From: Planctomycetota bacterium
GTDB lineage: Bacteria; Planctomycetota; Brocadiia; JAADGH01
Direction of reading: 5' to 3'
Assembly (NCBI GenBank): GCA_040755855.1
Contig: JBFMAD010000007.1
Location: 120,731 to 184,730, forward strand
Length of the DNA: 64,000 nucleotides
Part shown: positions 16,862-26,693 of the stretch, piece by piece
How positions within the stretch are numbered: the first letter of the stretch is position 1
How the letters are laid out: every line of letters starts with the position of its first letter
Position numbers and translations under genes: made by a program
The notes under the pieces: generated by a model
Databases searched by the model: none
Seen by the model: only the letters and a program-made list of their open reading frames with translations
Told to the model about the DNA's origin: nothing

Positions 16862-19767
16862 CAGATACCGGCAAACTCAACCAGATTCTCAGCCAGGAAG
16901 GAACGCCCCTCGACGTGGGCGCCAACCAGCCATTCCTGCTGGACGATCCTCAGAGCGTCTGGCTCATCCAGTCCGGGATGATTGATGTATTTTCCGTAGA
17001 TGTGAAGGACGGAAAGGCTGCGGGGACGCGAAGTCATCTATTCCGCCTCGATGCCGGCGACCTGCTGATGGGAATGCCCCACAAGGGCGAAGCCGGCGCG
17101 CTGGCTGTGGCCGGAATCGGTACGAAACTGGTCAAGGTACCCCAGGCGCGATTCAAGGTCCTTGCGCGAGAGGCAGACCATGCCGACGCCGCTGTCGCAT
17201 GGATCGAGAAGTGGACGACCGGCCTGCTCTCCGGGCTTTCCAAACCCGGCCTTATGCCGAAGGATGCCCAGGAACTGTCGCCCGGACAAGAGGCAGCGGT
17301 GGAGGCGGGCCAATCCATCCGCGTCCGGGGAGGCATCCTCTGGGTGATCCATTCCGACGGCGCACTGCGCTTCGTCGGCCGCGACGACCTCCCTGTTCTC
17401 CAAAAGGATTGCTTCTTCCCACTCAGCGAGACCGCTTGGCTCGTCGCCTCCGAGACGGGTACGATCCGTGCAACCGACACGATAGCCTTGCTGCGTGAAA
17501 ATTCGATCTGGCCTGTCCTGGATGTCTTGCACGAACATGCCTTGGCGTGCATCCGCCAGGACCGGCTGTTGACCGCCCGCCGTGACGAAGGACGCATGGC
17601 GGCGACCGCCGAGGTGGACGATCGCGCCCTGGAAAATGTCGCCCTTCGGCTCACATCCGTCCTTGTCCCCGATGTGGAAAGATACGCCCACGTCTCGGGC
17701 GACATGCTCCTCGAGGCCTGCCGGCTGGTGGGCAAGGCGGCGGGGATCAAGATCGTGCCCCATCCCACCGGCGGCCGAACAGTGAAACACATTGACCCGA
17801 TGGAGAACCTCGCCAAAGCATCCCGATTTCGCACACGAAAGGTCCTCCTGGAGGATGGTTGGTGGCGGCGAGACGCCGGGCCAATGCTGGGATACATCGA
17901 AGAGGGAAAACGTCCCGTCGCCATGTTGCCCGCATCGCCGGGTCGCTATGTCCTCCACGACCCATCCGAAAAAAGTCAGAGGCGTGTGAACGCCCGGGTG
18001 GCCGCTACGCTCGATCCATTCGCCTATGTCTTTTATCGCACCTTCCCGGACCAGACCCTAACCGGGCGAGAGATGGTTCGCTTCGGGTTGTTCAAATGCG
18101 GACGGGACATTGGACGGATCGTGGTAATGGGCATCGCCGTGGGCCTGCTGGGGCTGGTCACTCCCATCGTCACCAACCTCCTCTTCGACTCGGTCGTTCC
18201 CAGCGCCAAGCTGGATCAGTTAGCAACCATTGTATCGGCATTGATTGTGAGCGCACTGGCGGTCTCCGCTTTCCATATCGTCCGCGGGTTCACCATCCTG
18301 CGAATCGAAAGCAAGATGGACGGATCGCTTGAGGCGGCCGTCTGGGACCGGCTGCTGAATTTGCCGTTGCCCTTCTTCCGGGACTATACGGCAGGCGACC
18401 TGGCCCTGCGGGCCAGCGGGGTCGGCCTGGTCCGGCAGATGCTTTCCGGAGCGGTGGTGGGGGCCTTCCTCGACAGCATTTTCTCCATCTTCAACATCAT
18501 CCTGCTCTTCTACTACAGTTGGGTACTGGCGCTGGTGGCGGTGGTGATCTTGATCGTCGGGGTGTTGATCAGTCTGCTGTCCGTCTGGGTGCAGTATCGC
18601 TACCAGCGTCCGTTGTTCAATATTCAGGGCCGAATCCAAGGGCTCGTCTTGCAGTTCATTTCCGGCATCGCAAAGCTCCGCGTCGCCGGCGCCGAGAAAC
18701 GGGCTCTCTCGGCCTGGGCGGAGATGTTCGCCGACCAGAAACGTCTCTCCTACATGGCCCAACGGGTGAATGCGGCGTTCGTGGTGTTCACCAGCGTGCT
18801 GCCTTTGCTGTCGTCGGGGATTATCTTCGGCTGGTTCGCGTTCTCCGGCAGCCCATCACTAAAACGGGTGAGTGTGGGCAACTTCCTCGCCTTCACGACG
18901 GCCCTCACGAATGTTGTCGTCGGCGGGACCACCATGCTTTCGTCCCTGATCCCGGCCCTCCTGGCCGGGCCGCTAGCCGAGCGCATCATGCCCATCGTCC
19001 GCGCCCAGCCGGAGGTGGATGTGCGCAAGGCCCAGCCCGCGGAACTGGGCGGCCGCATCGAGGTGAACCACGTCTCGTTCCGCTACTCGGAGGACGGCCC
19101 ACAGATTCTCAAGGATGTCTCCCTCGCCGTAGAGCCGGGCGAGTTCGTCGCCATCGTCGGGCCGTCGGGATCGGGCAAGTCAACGCTGTTCCGGTTGCTT
19201 CTGGGCTTCGAATTCCCCCAGGCCGGGTCGGTGTATTACGACGAGCAGGACATCGCCGGACTGGACATCCAGGCGCTGCGCCGGCAGATCGGGGTGGTCC
19301 TCCAAACATCGAAAGTGATGCCGGGCTCCATCTTCGACAACATCATCGGCGCGTCGCTCCTTACCATGGACGACGCCTTGGAGGCGGCGCGGATGTGCGG
19401 TCTGGAGGGCGACATAAAGGAGATGCCGATGGGCATGCACACCGTCGTGGCCGAGGGAGGGACGGGCCTTTCCGGCGGGCAGCGCCAACGCATCCTCATC
19501 GCCCGCGCCGTCGTCCACAAGCCGCGAATACTGTTCTTCGACGAGGCCACCAGCGCCCTCGACAACCGCACCCAGGCAATCGTGAGCCGGAGCTTGGAGC
19601 AGCTCAACGCAACCCGCGTCGTCATCGCCCACCGCCTGAGCACCATCATCAACGCCGACCGGATCTACGTCCTCGTCAACGGCCAGATCGTCCAGGTGGG
19701 GAACTACCAGGAGCTGGTGAGCCAGAAGGGCATCTTCGCCGAGCTTGCCAAGCGGCAGGTGATCTGA
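16858..19767 (+). CDS. NHLP bacteriocin export ABC transporter permease/ATPase subunit (no catalytic C39 Cys)
   Basis: FLLDDPQSVWLIQSG N-terminal extension, WWRRDAGPMLG, GPSGSGKS, LSGGQRQR, FDEATSALDN; ATGA overlap. Confidence 0.93.
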   Translation: MTDTGKLNQILSQEGTPLDVGANQPFLLDDPQSVWLIQSGMIDVFSVDVKDGKAAGTRSHLFRLDAGDLLMGMPHKGEAGALAVAGIGTKLVKVPQARFKVLAREADHADAAVAWIEKWTTGLLSGLSKPGLMPKDAQELSPGQEAAVEAGQSIRVRGGILWVIHSDGALRFVGRDDLPVLQKDCFFPLSETAWLVASETGTIRATDTIALLRENSIWPVLDVLHEHALACIRQDRLLTARRDEGRMAATAEVDDRALENVALRLTSVLVPDVERYAHVSGDMLLEACRLVGKAAGIKIVPHPTGGRTVKHIDPMENLAKASRFRTRKVLLEDGWWRRDAGPMLGYIEEGKRPVAMLPASPGRYVLHDPSEKSQRRVNARVAATLDPFAYVFYRTFPDQTLTGREMVRFGLFKCGRDIGRIVVMGIAVGLLGLVTPIVTNLLFDSVVPSAKLDQLATIVSALIVSALAVSAFHIVRGFTILRIESKMDGSLEAAVWDRLLNLPLPFFRDYTAGDLALRASGVGLVRQMLSGAVVGAFLDSIFSIFNIILLFYYSWVLALVAVVILIVGVLISLLSVWVQYRYQRPLFNIQGRIQGLVLQFISGIAKLRVAGAEKRALSAWAEMFADQKRLSYMAQRVNAAFVVFTSVLPLLSSGIIFGWFAFSGSPSLKRVSVGNFLAFTTALTNVVVGGTTMLSSLIPALLAGPLAERIMPIVRAQPEVDVRKAQPAELGGRIEVNHVSFRYSEDGPQILKDVSLAVEPGEFVAIVGPSGSGKSTLFRLLLGFEFPQAGSVYYDEQDIAGLDIQALRRQIGVVLQTSKVMPGSIFDNIIGASLLTMDDALEAARMCGLEGDIKEMPMGMHTVVAEGGTGLSGGQRQRILIARAVVHKPRILFFDEATSALDNRTQAIVSRSLEQLNATRVVIAHRLSTIINADRIYVLVNGQIVQVGNYQELVSQKGIFAELAKRQVI

Positions 19768-19794
19768 ATTTGAGCGAAAGAAAGGAAATTGAGC

Positions 19795-20808
19795 ATGGCC
19801 TCGCCGGAACTCGTGAGCGAAATTCCAAAGAGAATGCTTGCGGCCAGGATGGTGGGCCTGAAAAAGTTTGAGTTCGGGGATATTCCGGTTCCACGGCCCG
19901 GCCCGAGGCAAATCCTTGTGCGCATCGAGAGAGTGGGCGTGTGCGGATCGGATCGCGGCATCTGGGCGGGACGCCATTTCTACAACGATCTGTATCGTTG
20001 GCAGGACTTCGGCTGGGGCGAACACGGCCACGAAATATCCGGCGTCGTTATGGAGGTCGGGGAAGACGTTGAGGGAATACAGATTGGGCATCATGTGGCT
20101 GCTCTTCCAATGCGCGGCTGGGCACAGTATCTGGCGGCGACTGTGTCAAGCCCCGGCGGCCCGCCGCGCGGCTTGTCGCCGGTGTGTGCGCCCGGCGCCG
20201 ACCTGGACATGATCTGCTTTGCGGACCCGCTCATGGTCGCACTGCGGCACGTGGAGGCGGCGCGGGTGTACCCCGGCGATACTGTCGCCGTGCTCGGCCA
20301 GGGCTTTATCGGTCTTCTCGTCACGCAGCTTCTCGTTCAGCAGCACATTCGCGTCCTGGCGACGGACGTTCGAGAGAAGTGCCTTGCCCATGCAAAACGA
20401 TTTGGCGCGGAAACGCTTGTCGCCGGTGATCCGGATTGGATTCGCAAGATCACCGACATGGGGCAAGGACAAATCCGTTCGGTCATCGAGTGCTCTGGCG
20501 CGGATGCCTCGCTCTATCATGCAGGGGATATCGTCGCAGCCGACGGGACGGTGGTGGTGATGGGAGCAACGCGCAAGGAAATCAAGATGCATTATACGCC
20601 TTTGCGAATGAAGGGGATTGACGTGCGCTTCCCCGCCAGAGGAGCACGCGACTGGTGGGGACCCGCAGTGCGTATTTTAGCCGATGGCGGAGTGGAGGCA
20701 GCTTCGCTCATTGACCATCGCGCGCCGTTGGATAAGCTCCAGGAGACCTTTGAGAACTGGGACCCCGGCTGGATCAAAGTCGTTGTCCATCCGCATGGGG
20801 TGACATGA
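19795..20808 (+). CDS. Zinc-binding (MDR) dehydrogenase
   Basis: GVCGSD, HGHE.SG, VLGQGFIG; lacks the structural-Zn Cys lobe; ATG after AAGGAA. Confidence 0.85.
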   Translation: MASPELVSEIPKRMLAARMVGLKKFEFGDIPVPRPGPRQILVRIERVGVCGSDRGIWAGRHFYNDLYRWQDFGWGEHGHEISGVVMEVGEDVEGIQIGHHVAALPMRGWAQYLAATVSSPGGPPRGLSPVCAPGADLDMICFADPLMVALRHVEAARVYPGDTVAVLGQGFIGLLVTQLLVQQHIRVLATDVREKCLAHAKRFGAETLVAGDPDWIRKITDMGQGQIRSVIECSGADASLYHAGDIVAADGTVVVMGATRKEIKMHYTPLRMKGIDVRFPARGARDWWGPAVRILADGGVEAASLIDHRAPLDKLQETFENWDPGWIKVVVHPHGVT

Positions 20809-20878
20809 GAATGGGGTGGTGACACCTCTCACTTGGCATCTAATTTTTCTTTCGTGCGCCGTGAGGTGAGAGATCGTC

Positions 20879-23137
20879 TCACGACGCCGGCGCGATCCGG
20901 AAGACCGGCATCACGATCGGCTCGTGCGATCGCTGGCCATAGCTGGCGGAAATCTTCGGCACGCGGACGTTGCGGATGCGAAGGCCCTTCGGCAGTTGGT
21001 CTACCTCGACCTTCGCGCCGGTCGGCCGGCCGGTCATCTCGTCCACGGCCTCGACGCGGCCGGTGAATGTAATGTCGAGATCGACCGATTCGAGGTAGGT
21101 TCCCTCCGCCTTCCGCGTGAAGGCCGTCACATAGACGACGCCGTTTGGCTTGCGGAACACGATGGGCACGACGCCATCGTCGCGTTCCATATCCTTGAGG
21201 GTATTGACTTTACGACCGTCGGCGGCGAGGACTTCGGCGTCGAAAAGTTCTTTCAGAAAAGCGAATGTCTCTCGGTCCTTGAGACGACTGAGGAAGTCCT
21301 CCGCCTCCGCCTCCGGCGGCCATGCCCCGCAGGCGACCATGGTCAAACCCTGGTGGGTTGTGTAATCCATCCGCCATCGGAACGGCTGTGTCGCGTTCCA
21401 CGTCAGTGACCGCTCGCTGTTCGGGGCGAAGTCGTCGAGCGGGCGCGTCTCGCCGTTGATGGTCAGGCGGCAGTCGCGCGCCGAGTAGTCCCGGCGGTAT
21501 CGGATGCGAAGCCCGCCATCGGTCGGGGCAATCTCAAAGTCCCGCCACAGATGCCACAGTTCCCAGCAGGCGAGTTTGGGTTTGCGGTCGAAGGTCATGA
21601 TGCCGAAGTTGGTGAAGCCTTTGTCCCAGGAATCAACATTGACCTTCGAGTAATCGTAGTCGTAGAAACAATAATTCGTCCCGCCGATGGTCCCGGCGGT
21701 CAAGTAAGTGTTCCACCGGTTCGGGTAGTTCCAGGCATGGATTTTTTCGAGGATCGGCGTGTTCGGCCCGCGCAGGTAGCCTTGCGGCATGTAAACATTC
21801 GCGCCGAATTCTGTGTGGAGGTAGGGCCGCTTATCGCAGCCCTGAAACTTGATGAACTCCTCGATGGGCGGCCAGTTGCGGTCCTTGTCCAGATAGGTGT
21901 TGTGTAGGTAAATGGGCAGGAAGTCCGGAGTGCGATAGTGCAGGCAGCAGTTCGAGTAGCCGTCGGGTATCATCGGGTCGAGCGGTTTGAGAATGTTGTG
22001 GCAGAGGGCAAGAAGGTAGTCGAGCCGGTCGAATGCCTTGAGTCCCATCCGCCCGCCCCAGGCATCAAGGCCCATGACCTGCTCGTTGGCGTGTTGGATA
22101 ATCAGTGCCCTGGGATTTTTCACCGCCTCGCGGCATCGGTCCTCGAAACCGTCGAGGTATTGCTTCAGTCCCTTCTGGAACTCCGCATCGTTCTCCGCCT
22201 TCTCGCAAAAGCGTCCCGGCCCGATCCCGACCATGACGATGCCCGTGAAGCCGTACCTGTCGAGGTATTCGAGGTTCTTGCTTCTGATGCGGATTGTGTT
22301 GGCGCAGAGCGACTTGAGGTACTCCCCGTCGGCGTCGTTCAGGTCGCGCGGCAGCGAACCCTTGACGAGATACGGCTCGCCGTTGACATAGAGTTTCACG
22401 CCGCGCGTCTCGACGAGCGTGGTCGGCGCGTCAAGCGTCGTCTCCCCGCCGGGCCACGCGATCCGAATCTTCACCATGCCGATGCGCGGACGGAGGGAGA
22501 GCCATCGGGAGATATTTCCTTTTTGCGAAAGAATCTGGACGTAGAGTATGCCGTCGTTCTTCGACACGCGCCGCGCCCACAGATCCCCGTCGGGTTTCCC
22601 GTTCAGCCTGATCGTCACCGGCTCGACCCGCTCCCAGTAGCCATCAGGGATAGGCGTAACATCCGCTGGCCCAGGCGGTTGGAACATGGCGGGCAACGGT
22701 ATCGAGTGCGGTACCTTCGGCCCGCGTGCGGGGTTGCCGCGACCGAGGATGAGGAACCGGTCCGCCCCTTTGATGGGCATTTGCACGTCCTGGTCGGGCG
22801 GGAAGTCCGCCCAGCGCAGGTCCCGCTCGCCGACGAGCGTGCGAAAATGGAAGACAGTCTCCGGTGTGACATCGGCCTTCACATGGATGCCGTCCATGAC
22901 GCCGCCTGTTCCCGATCGCCACGCGGCGCGGCGTTCGTCGGCGCCCTCCCACTTGTCGCCGTACTGCTCCTCGAAGCTGTACGGTTTGACATCGAGGAAC
23001 TTTCCATTCTCGATCTTCAGTCTGCCGTTCCACTGCCCCTGAATCCCCCACAAGATGAAGAACTCGACCTCCTCTGCATGAGCCGCGAGAGGGACGGCGA
23101 GCAATGCGAGAAAGATAAAGCGCAGCAATGCGTTCAT
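20879..23137 (-). CDS. Secreted putative glycoside hydrolase (GH2/clan GH-A-like TIM barrel)
   Basis: Signal peptide ending AHA; KLYVNGEPYLVKG, ANTIR, HANEQ (acid/base), HTEFG (nucleophile), FGIMTFDRKPK. Confidence 0.65.
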   Translation of the reverse strand: MNALLRFIFLALLAVPLAAHAEEVEFFILWGIQGQWNGRLKIENGKFLDVKPYSFEEQYGDKWEGADERRAAWRSGTGGVMDGIHVKADVTPETVFHFRTLVGERDLRWADFPPDQDVQMPIKGADRFLILGRGNPARGPKVPHSIPLPAMFQPPGPADVTPIPDGYWERVEPVTIRLNGKPDGDLWARRVSKNDGILYVQILSQKGNISRWLSLRPRIGMVKIRIAWPGGETTLDAPTTLVETRGVKLYVNGEPYLVKGSLPRDLNDADGEYLKSLCANTIRIRSKNLEYLDRYGFTGIVMVGIGPGRFCEKAENDAEFQKGLKQYLDGFEDRCREAVKNPRALIIQHANEQVMGLDAWGGRMGLKAFDRLDYLLALCHNILKPLDPMIPDGYSNCCLHYRTPDFLPIYLHNTYLDKDRNWPPIEEFIKFQGCDKRPYLHTEFGANVYMPQGYLRGPNTPILEKIHAWNYPNRWNTYLTAGTIGGTNYCFYDYDYSKVNVDSWDKGFTNFGIMTFDRKPKLACWELWHLWRDFEIAPTDGGLRIRYRRDYSARDCRLTINGETRPLDDFAPNSERSLTWNATQPFRWRMDYTTHQGLTMVACGAWPPEAEAEDFLSRLKDRETFAFLKELFDAEVLAADGRKVNTLKDMERDDGVVPIVFRKPNGVVYVTAFTRKAEGTYLESVDLDITFTGRVEAVDEMTGRPTGAKVEVDQLPKGLRIRNVRVPKISASYGQRSHEPIVMPVFRIAPAS

Positions 23138-23150
23138 GGCATACCTCGAC

Positions 23151-26100
23151 CTATGGTTTCACGACATTGAGAAGAACAACACAATCCGACATGACTTCGA
23201 CAGGAATGCCTTTGCACAGGTGCGATCCTTCGCCGGAGAAAACGGCATCGTTTGTAACCGCGTCACGAAGGGCGATCTTCGCATCGGGCTTCAGATTGAA
23301 TATCGCCGGATCGCACGCGAGCGTCGCCGTCGCCTTCTCCGCACCGGAGTTGAGAAGAGCAATCAGGCTGGCCGACGGATAGGCATAGACGAAAATATCA
23401 TTCGCCCCGGCGATATCAAGTTTGCCGAAACGGTACTCCGCCTTCGCCGCCCAGAAGATGGCCCGCCGGAACAGGCGGTAGAAATCGTACCCCTGCGAGT
23501 AGGATGCGAAGTAGATGCACCGTCCCTCCCCCACCTGCCTTGCCACGACGCCGGGGGACATCTTCCCATCCTTGTCGGAAGCGGCGAATAGAGAGACCGC
23601 GCCCTCTGCTGTGGCTGCCACGCGGGTCGGGGGGACCATACCGACCAGATGGGCCGGCTGGCCTTCCGAGATCCAGTGCGCCGCCTTCGTCTTGCTCAGT
23701 CGGGCCGTCGGCTTCTCCTCCTCCGGCGCCTGCAGTGCGGTGTCGGCCAACATGGATTGATCGAAAAGGTCGGGCTTGAACTCGGCCGCCCCTTCGGCGA
23801 CGACCCCGATCAGATCGTTTAGCGCCCATTGAGGTTTCGGCTCGTCGCAGTGCGACGGCGACTCCATGCCGATGAACCCGCCGCCCTTCCGGACGAATGC
23901 CTCGATGGCGGCCTTGAGCTCCGGCGACTTCCAGAAATGCCCGCCGCTCCATGAGCTATTCGGTTGTCCGTAGTTGAGGAGGACATGAGCATCTGCCGGC
24001 ACACCGTTCTTCGCAATCTCGCCAAGGCTGATGAACTTGACGTTGATCGGGAGGTCGGTCAGCGGCTCCAGCCGCGCCGCTCCCCACGGCCGCCAGGAAT
24101 AGACTTTGCCCCAACTATTGATGACGTAAAGTGTTATGTCATGGTTGAACGCTCGTTTTCCATTCAAGTAACGGCCCAGGAGCATAAACTCGTCGCTGAT
24201 TTCGGCGATGGTCTCGACGTCGTCCTCCTGGATCGCCTTGTCGCCGACCGTGGCTACGCAGTCGAACGGCATCCAGTAGATCGCGCTGGGGAAGTCCATG
24301 AGCAGTCCGCGCCTCGCCCCGCGCCAGCACTTCGCCAGGTTATCGCCGCACTTCGCGGTCGGGACGAGGTGGTCGTAGAGCCACTGCACGCGCAACCGGC
24401 GATAGACATTCTCGCCGGGGAAGTCCACGAGGGCGCGGGCGGTGACCGGATCGCTGCACGGCTTGTCGATCTGTTCGACCTTGCCCGCGGCGAGGCCGCC
24501 CAGGAACGGCTCGATGCCGACGTGGCAGTCGCCCCAGTAGAGCCACGACTTCATGCTGTGTTTGCGGACGAGGTCCGTCGGCTTCACCATCCACTTCTCC
24601 ACGCGCGCCCGGACCCACCCCATCCAGGCGAGGTAGCGCGGATCGGGGGCGACCTCGATCGTCTTCGGCGGCATGACGAGCCACTCCGGGTCGAAGGCGA
24701 TTCCCGTCTCTTCGGTGAAGAGCTTCTGGTTCTCGGGCCGGGCGGCCAGGGAGTACGACTCCCAGTCCCACGCCCCCTGCGGCGTCGGGCCGGGGTAGGC
24801 GAAGCCGAGGTCGTCGAACCAATAGACCTGGAGACGCCCCGCCGCGGGCTTGAGGACCGATTCCAGGTTCTCCAGCGCCCGCTTCTCGAAGGGGGGAAAC
24901 AGCGGATCGCCGACTCCGATATTCGTGAACATGAAATAGACCAGATACGAGTGGCCGGGCACAGCGTTGGTGATAGTGACCGTGCATGTCTTCTTGTCGT
25001 ACGACCATTCGGGCTTCACGTTCCGGTCATCAACGTCAATCACCTTCCAATGGTCCTTCGGTTCGTGGAAGTCGTCGATGTGTGTGTGCCCGCCCCATGA
25101 TGGGGAGACGATCTTGACGTCGAGTTTCGGCTGCTCCGCCTTCGCCGGATCCATTCGCCAGAAACCGTACTGCCGCTGTTCGGGGTGGTCCTTCAGCCAC
25201 GAAGCGTCGTGGATGGGGATGCCGCAGAGCGCGGCGGTGAGGTAGCCTTTCTTGCGCCACGTGTCGTACGTCGCCGGGTCGGTCTGCTCCGCGCTGCCTA
25301 CCAGCTCGTTCGCGCCGATGCGCTCGGCCCAGGGGAAGGCTCCCTCGGCCTCATCGCGCCAGCTCATCGTCACGCGGATGTCCTTGTCGCTTTTACCCGA
25401 CCGAACATGCCGTCGTATTGCTGCGCGATATGTTGTCTCGCCCGATTGAAGCGCATGGGCGATGCGCTCAGCCGCCTTGAGATGGCCCTCAACGGCTGCG
25501 AAGTCGCGCTGGCCGATCAACTGCTCGATCCTGTCAATGAACAGGGCGAGGCCCTTGACGCGCGCGGCCATATCGGGCATATCTCTTGTGGCGTCAATGA
25601 GTTGCTTCATGGCAGTCAGGCGGATTTTTACCACTTCAACCGTCTTTCCGGCGAAGGCCACGCCCTTGCTCGCCGTCGCGAGGGAGGCGCCGTCGGCCGT
25701 GAGGAACGTCACTTCCACGGCTCCTTTCGCCTCCGGGAGGACCGATGCGTCGGCGATCGGCCGACCAAGTTCAGCGCGCGGGATCGTTTTCTCGAACACG
25801 CTCTCCCGCCCGGCGCGAACGACTATCGTCGCGCTCTGGACCGCATCGGGTAGAGACTCGACATCGAGGGCAAGCTGGAGCTGTTCGCCCGGCAGATAAC
25901 TCCGTTGGGTGACGATCGGGCGGAACTCGCGGATGCAGTCGGAGATACGAATCTCGTCAATCCATCCCTCGAAGAACTTGCTCCACCCATCGTGCGCGCC
26001 GAAAGAGCCGCCGCCCCCTTTGGGATAGTCGCCCTCGTCCTTGTGCGCCGTCTCGCCGGCGAATTGGCCGTTGACGTAGATCCTGGCGACGCGGTTCTTG

Positions 26101-26594
26101 TCGTGCGTCAGCGCGACGTGGTTCCACTGTCCGCGGCGGATCGGGATATTCGCCATCGAAGAATATCGGATCGGGAATGACGCGGCGCGGTAGCCGAACG
26201 TCGCCGTCCGCTGGCCGGGCGTGATGTGGAGGTAGAAACGTGTGCCGATGGAGATGAGACCGGCATCATCGTTTGTGGCCGGCTTGCACCAGAGCTCGAC
26301 GGTGAACTCCTGGTCGTTCTTCAGGAGGAAGGCGTCGTTCTTGCTGAGCCGGAGCACGGCGCCGTGGCCGTTCAACTTTGCCCCTTTGCCGAAGCGGCCG
26401 GCGTCGTGCGCCGCGTCCTTTTGGAACGTGATACTGATCTCGGGCTTGGCGGCGCTGCGCTGCTCCTCCTCGTCGCCGTCGAGGTGAAACAGGGCAATCG
26501 TCTTGTCGTCGGGTTCATAAGGAAGGAACCAATTCTCCGCTGCGAAGATCGGACGGACACATAATAGAAGAAGGAACAGAACGAATCGTTTCAT
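23151..26594 (-). CDS. Secreted LamG + GH112 (galacto-N-biose/lacto-N-biose phosphorylase)-like protein
   Basis: Signal peptide MKRFVLFLLLLCVRPIFA; LamG motifs FTVELW, WNHVALT, GWIDEIRISD; GH112-like YWGDCHVGIEP, VINSWGKVYSW, LPINVKFIS, SWSGGHFW, FVRKGGGFIG. Confidence 0.7.
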   Translation of the reverse strand: MKRFVLFLLLLCVRPIFAAENWFLPYEPDDKTIALFHLDGDEEEQRSAAKPEISITFQKDAAHDAGRFGKGAKLNGHGAVLRLSKNDAFLLKNDQEFTVELWCKPATNDDAGLISIGTRFYLHITPGQRTATFGYRAASFPIRYSSMANIPIRRGQWNHVALTHDKNRVARIYVNGQFAGETAHKDEGDYPKGGGGSFGAHDGWSKFFEGWIDEIRISDCIREFRPIVTQRSYLPGEQLQLALDVESLPDAVQSATIVVRAGRESVFEKTIPRAELGRPIADASVLPEAKGAVEVTFLTADGASLATASKGVAFAGKTVEVVKIRLTAMKQLIDATRDMPDMAARVKGLALFIDRIEQLIGQRDFAAVEGHLKAAERIAHALQSGETTYRAAIRRHVRSGKSDKDIRVTMSWRDEAEGAFPWAERIGANELVGSAEQTDPATYDTWRKKGYLTAALCGIPIHDASWLKDHPEQRQYGFWRMDPAKAEQPKLDVKIVSPSWGGHTHIDDFHEPKDHWKVIDVDDRNVKPEWSYDKKTCTVTITNAVPGHSYLVYFMFTNIGVGDPLFPPFEKRALENLESVLKPAAGRLQVYWFDDLGFAYPGPTPQGAWDWESYSLAARPENQKLFTEETGIAFDPEWLVMPPKTIEVAPDPRYLAWMGWVRARVEKWMVKPTDLVRKHSMKSWLYWGDCHVGIEPFLGGLAAGKVEQIDKPCSDPVTARALVDFPGENVYRRLRVQWLYDHLVPTAKCGDNLAKCWRGARRGLLMDFPSAIYWMPFDCVATVGDKAIQEDDVETIAEISDEFMLLGRYLNGKRAFNHDITLYVINSWGKVYSWRPWGAARLEPLTDLPINVKFISLGEIAKNGVPADAHVLLNYGQPNSSWSGGHFWKSPELKAAIEAFVRKGGGFIGMESPSHCDEPKPQWALNDLIGVVAEGAAEFKPDLFDQSMLADTALQAPEEEKPTARLSKTKAAHWISEGQPAHLVGMVPPTRVAATAEGAVSLFAASDKDGKMSPGVVARQVGEGRCIYFASYSQGYDFYRLFRRAIFWAAKAEYRFGKLDIAGANDIFVYAYPSASLIALLNSGAEKATATLACDPAIFNLKPDAKIALRDAVTNDAVFSGEGSHLCKGIPVEVMSDCVVLLNVVKP

Positions 26595-26613
26595 GCTTGC
26601 GCTCCCATTACAC

Positions 26614-26665
26614 TTGCCATTCGACAACACTATAGTATAGTATGTCCCGGCGTAATGATTGTAAA
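26614..26665. promoter_or_regulatory. Overlapping divergent sigma70 promoters sharing one -10 region
   Basis: Plus: TTGCCA(26614)-16-TATAGT(26636); minus: TTTACA(26665)-17-TACTAT(26642). Confidence 0.5.
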
Positions 26666-26693
26666 GTCCGCTTTTCGATCAAGGAGATTCATC

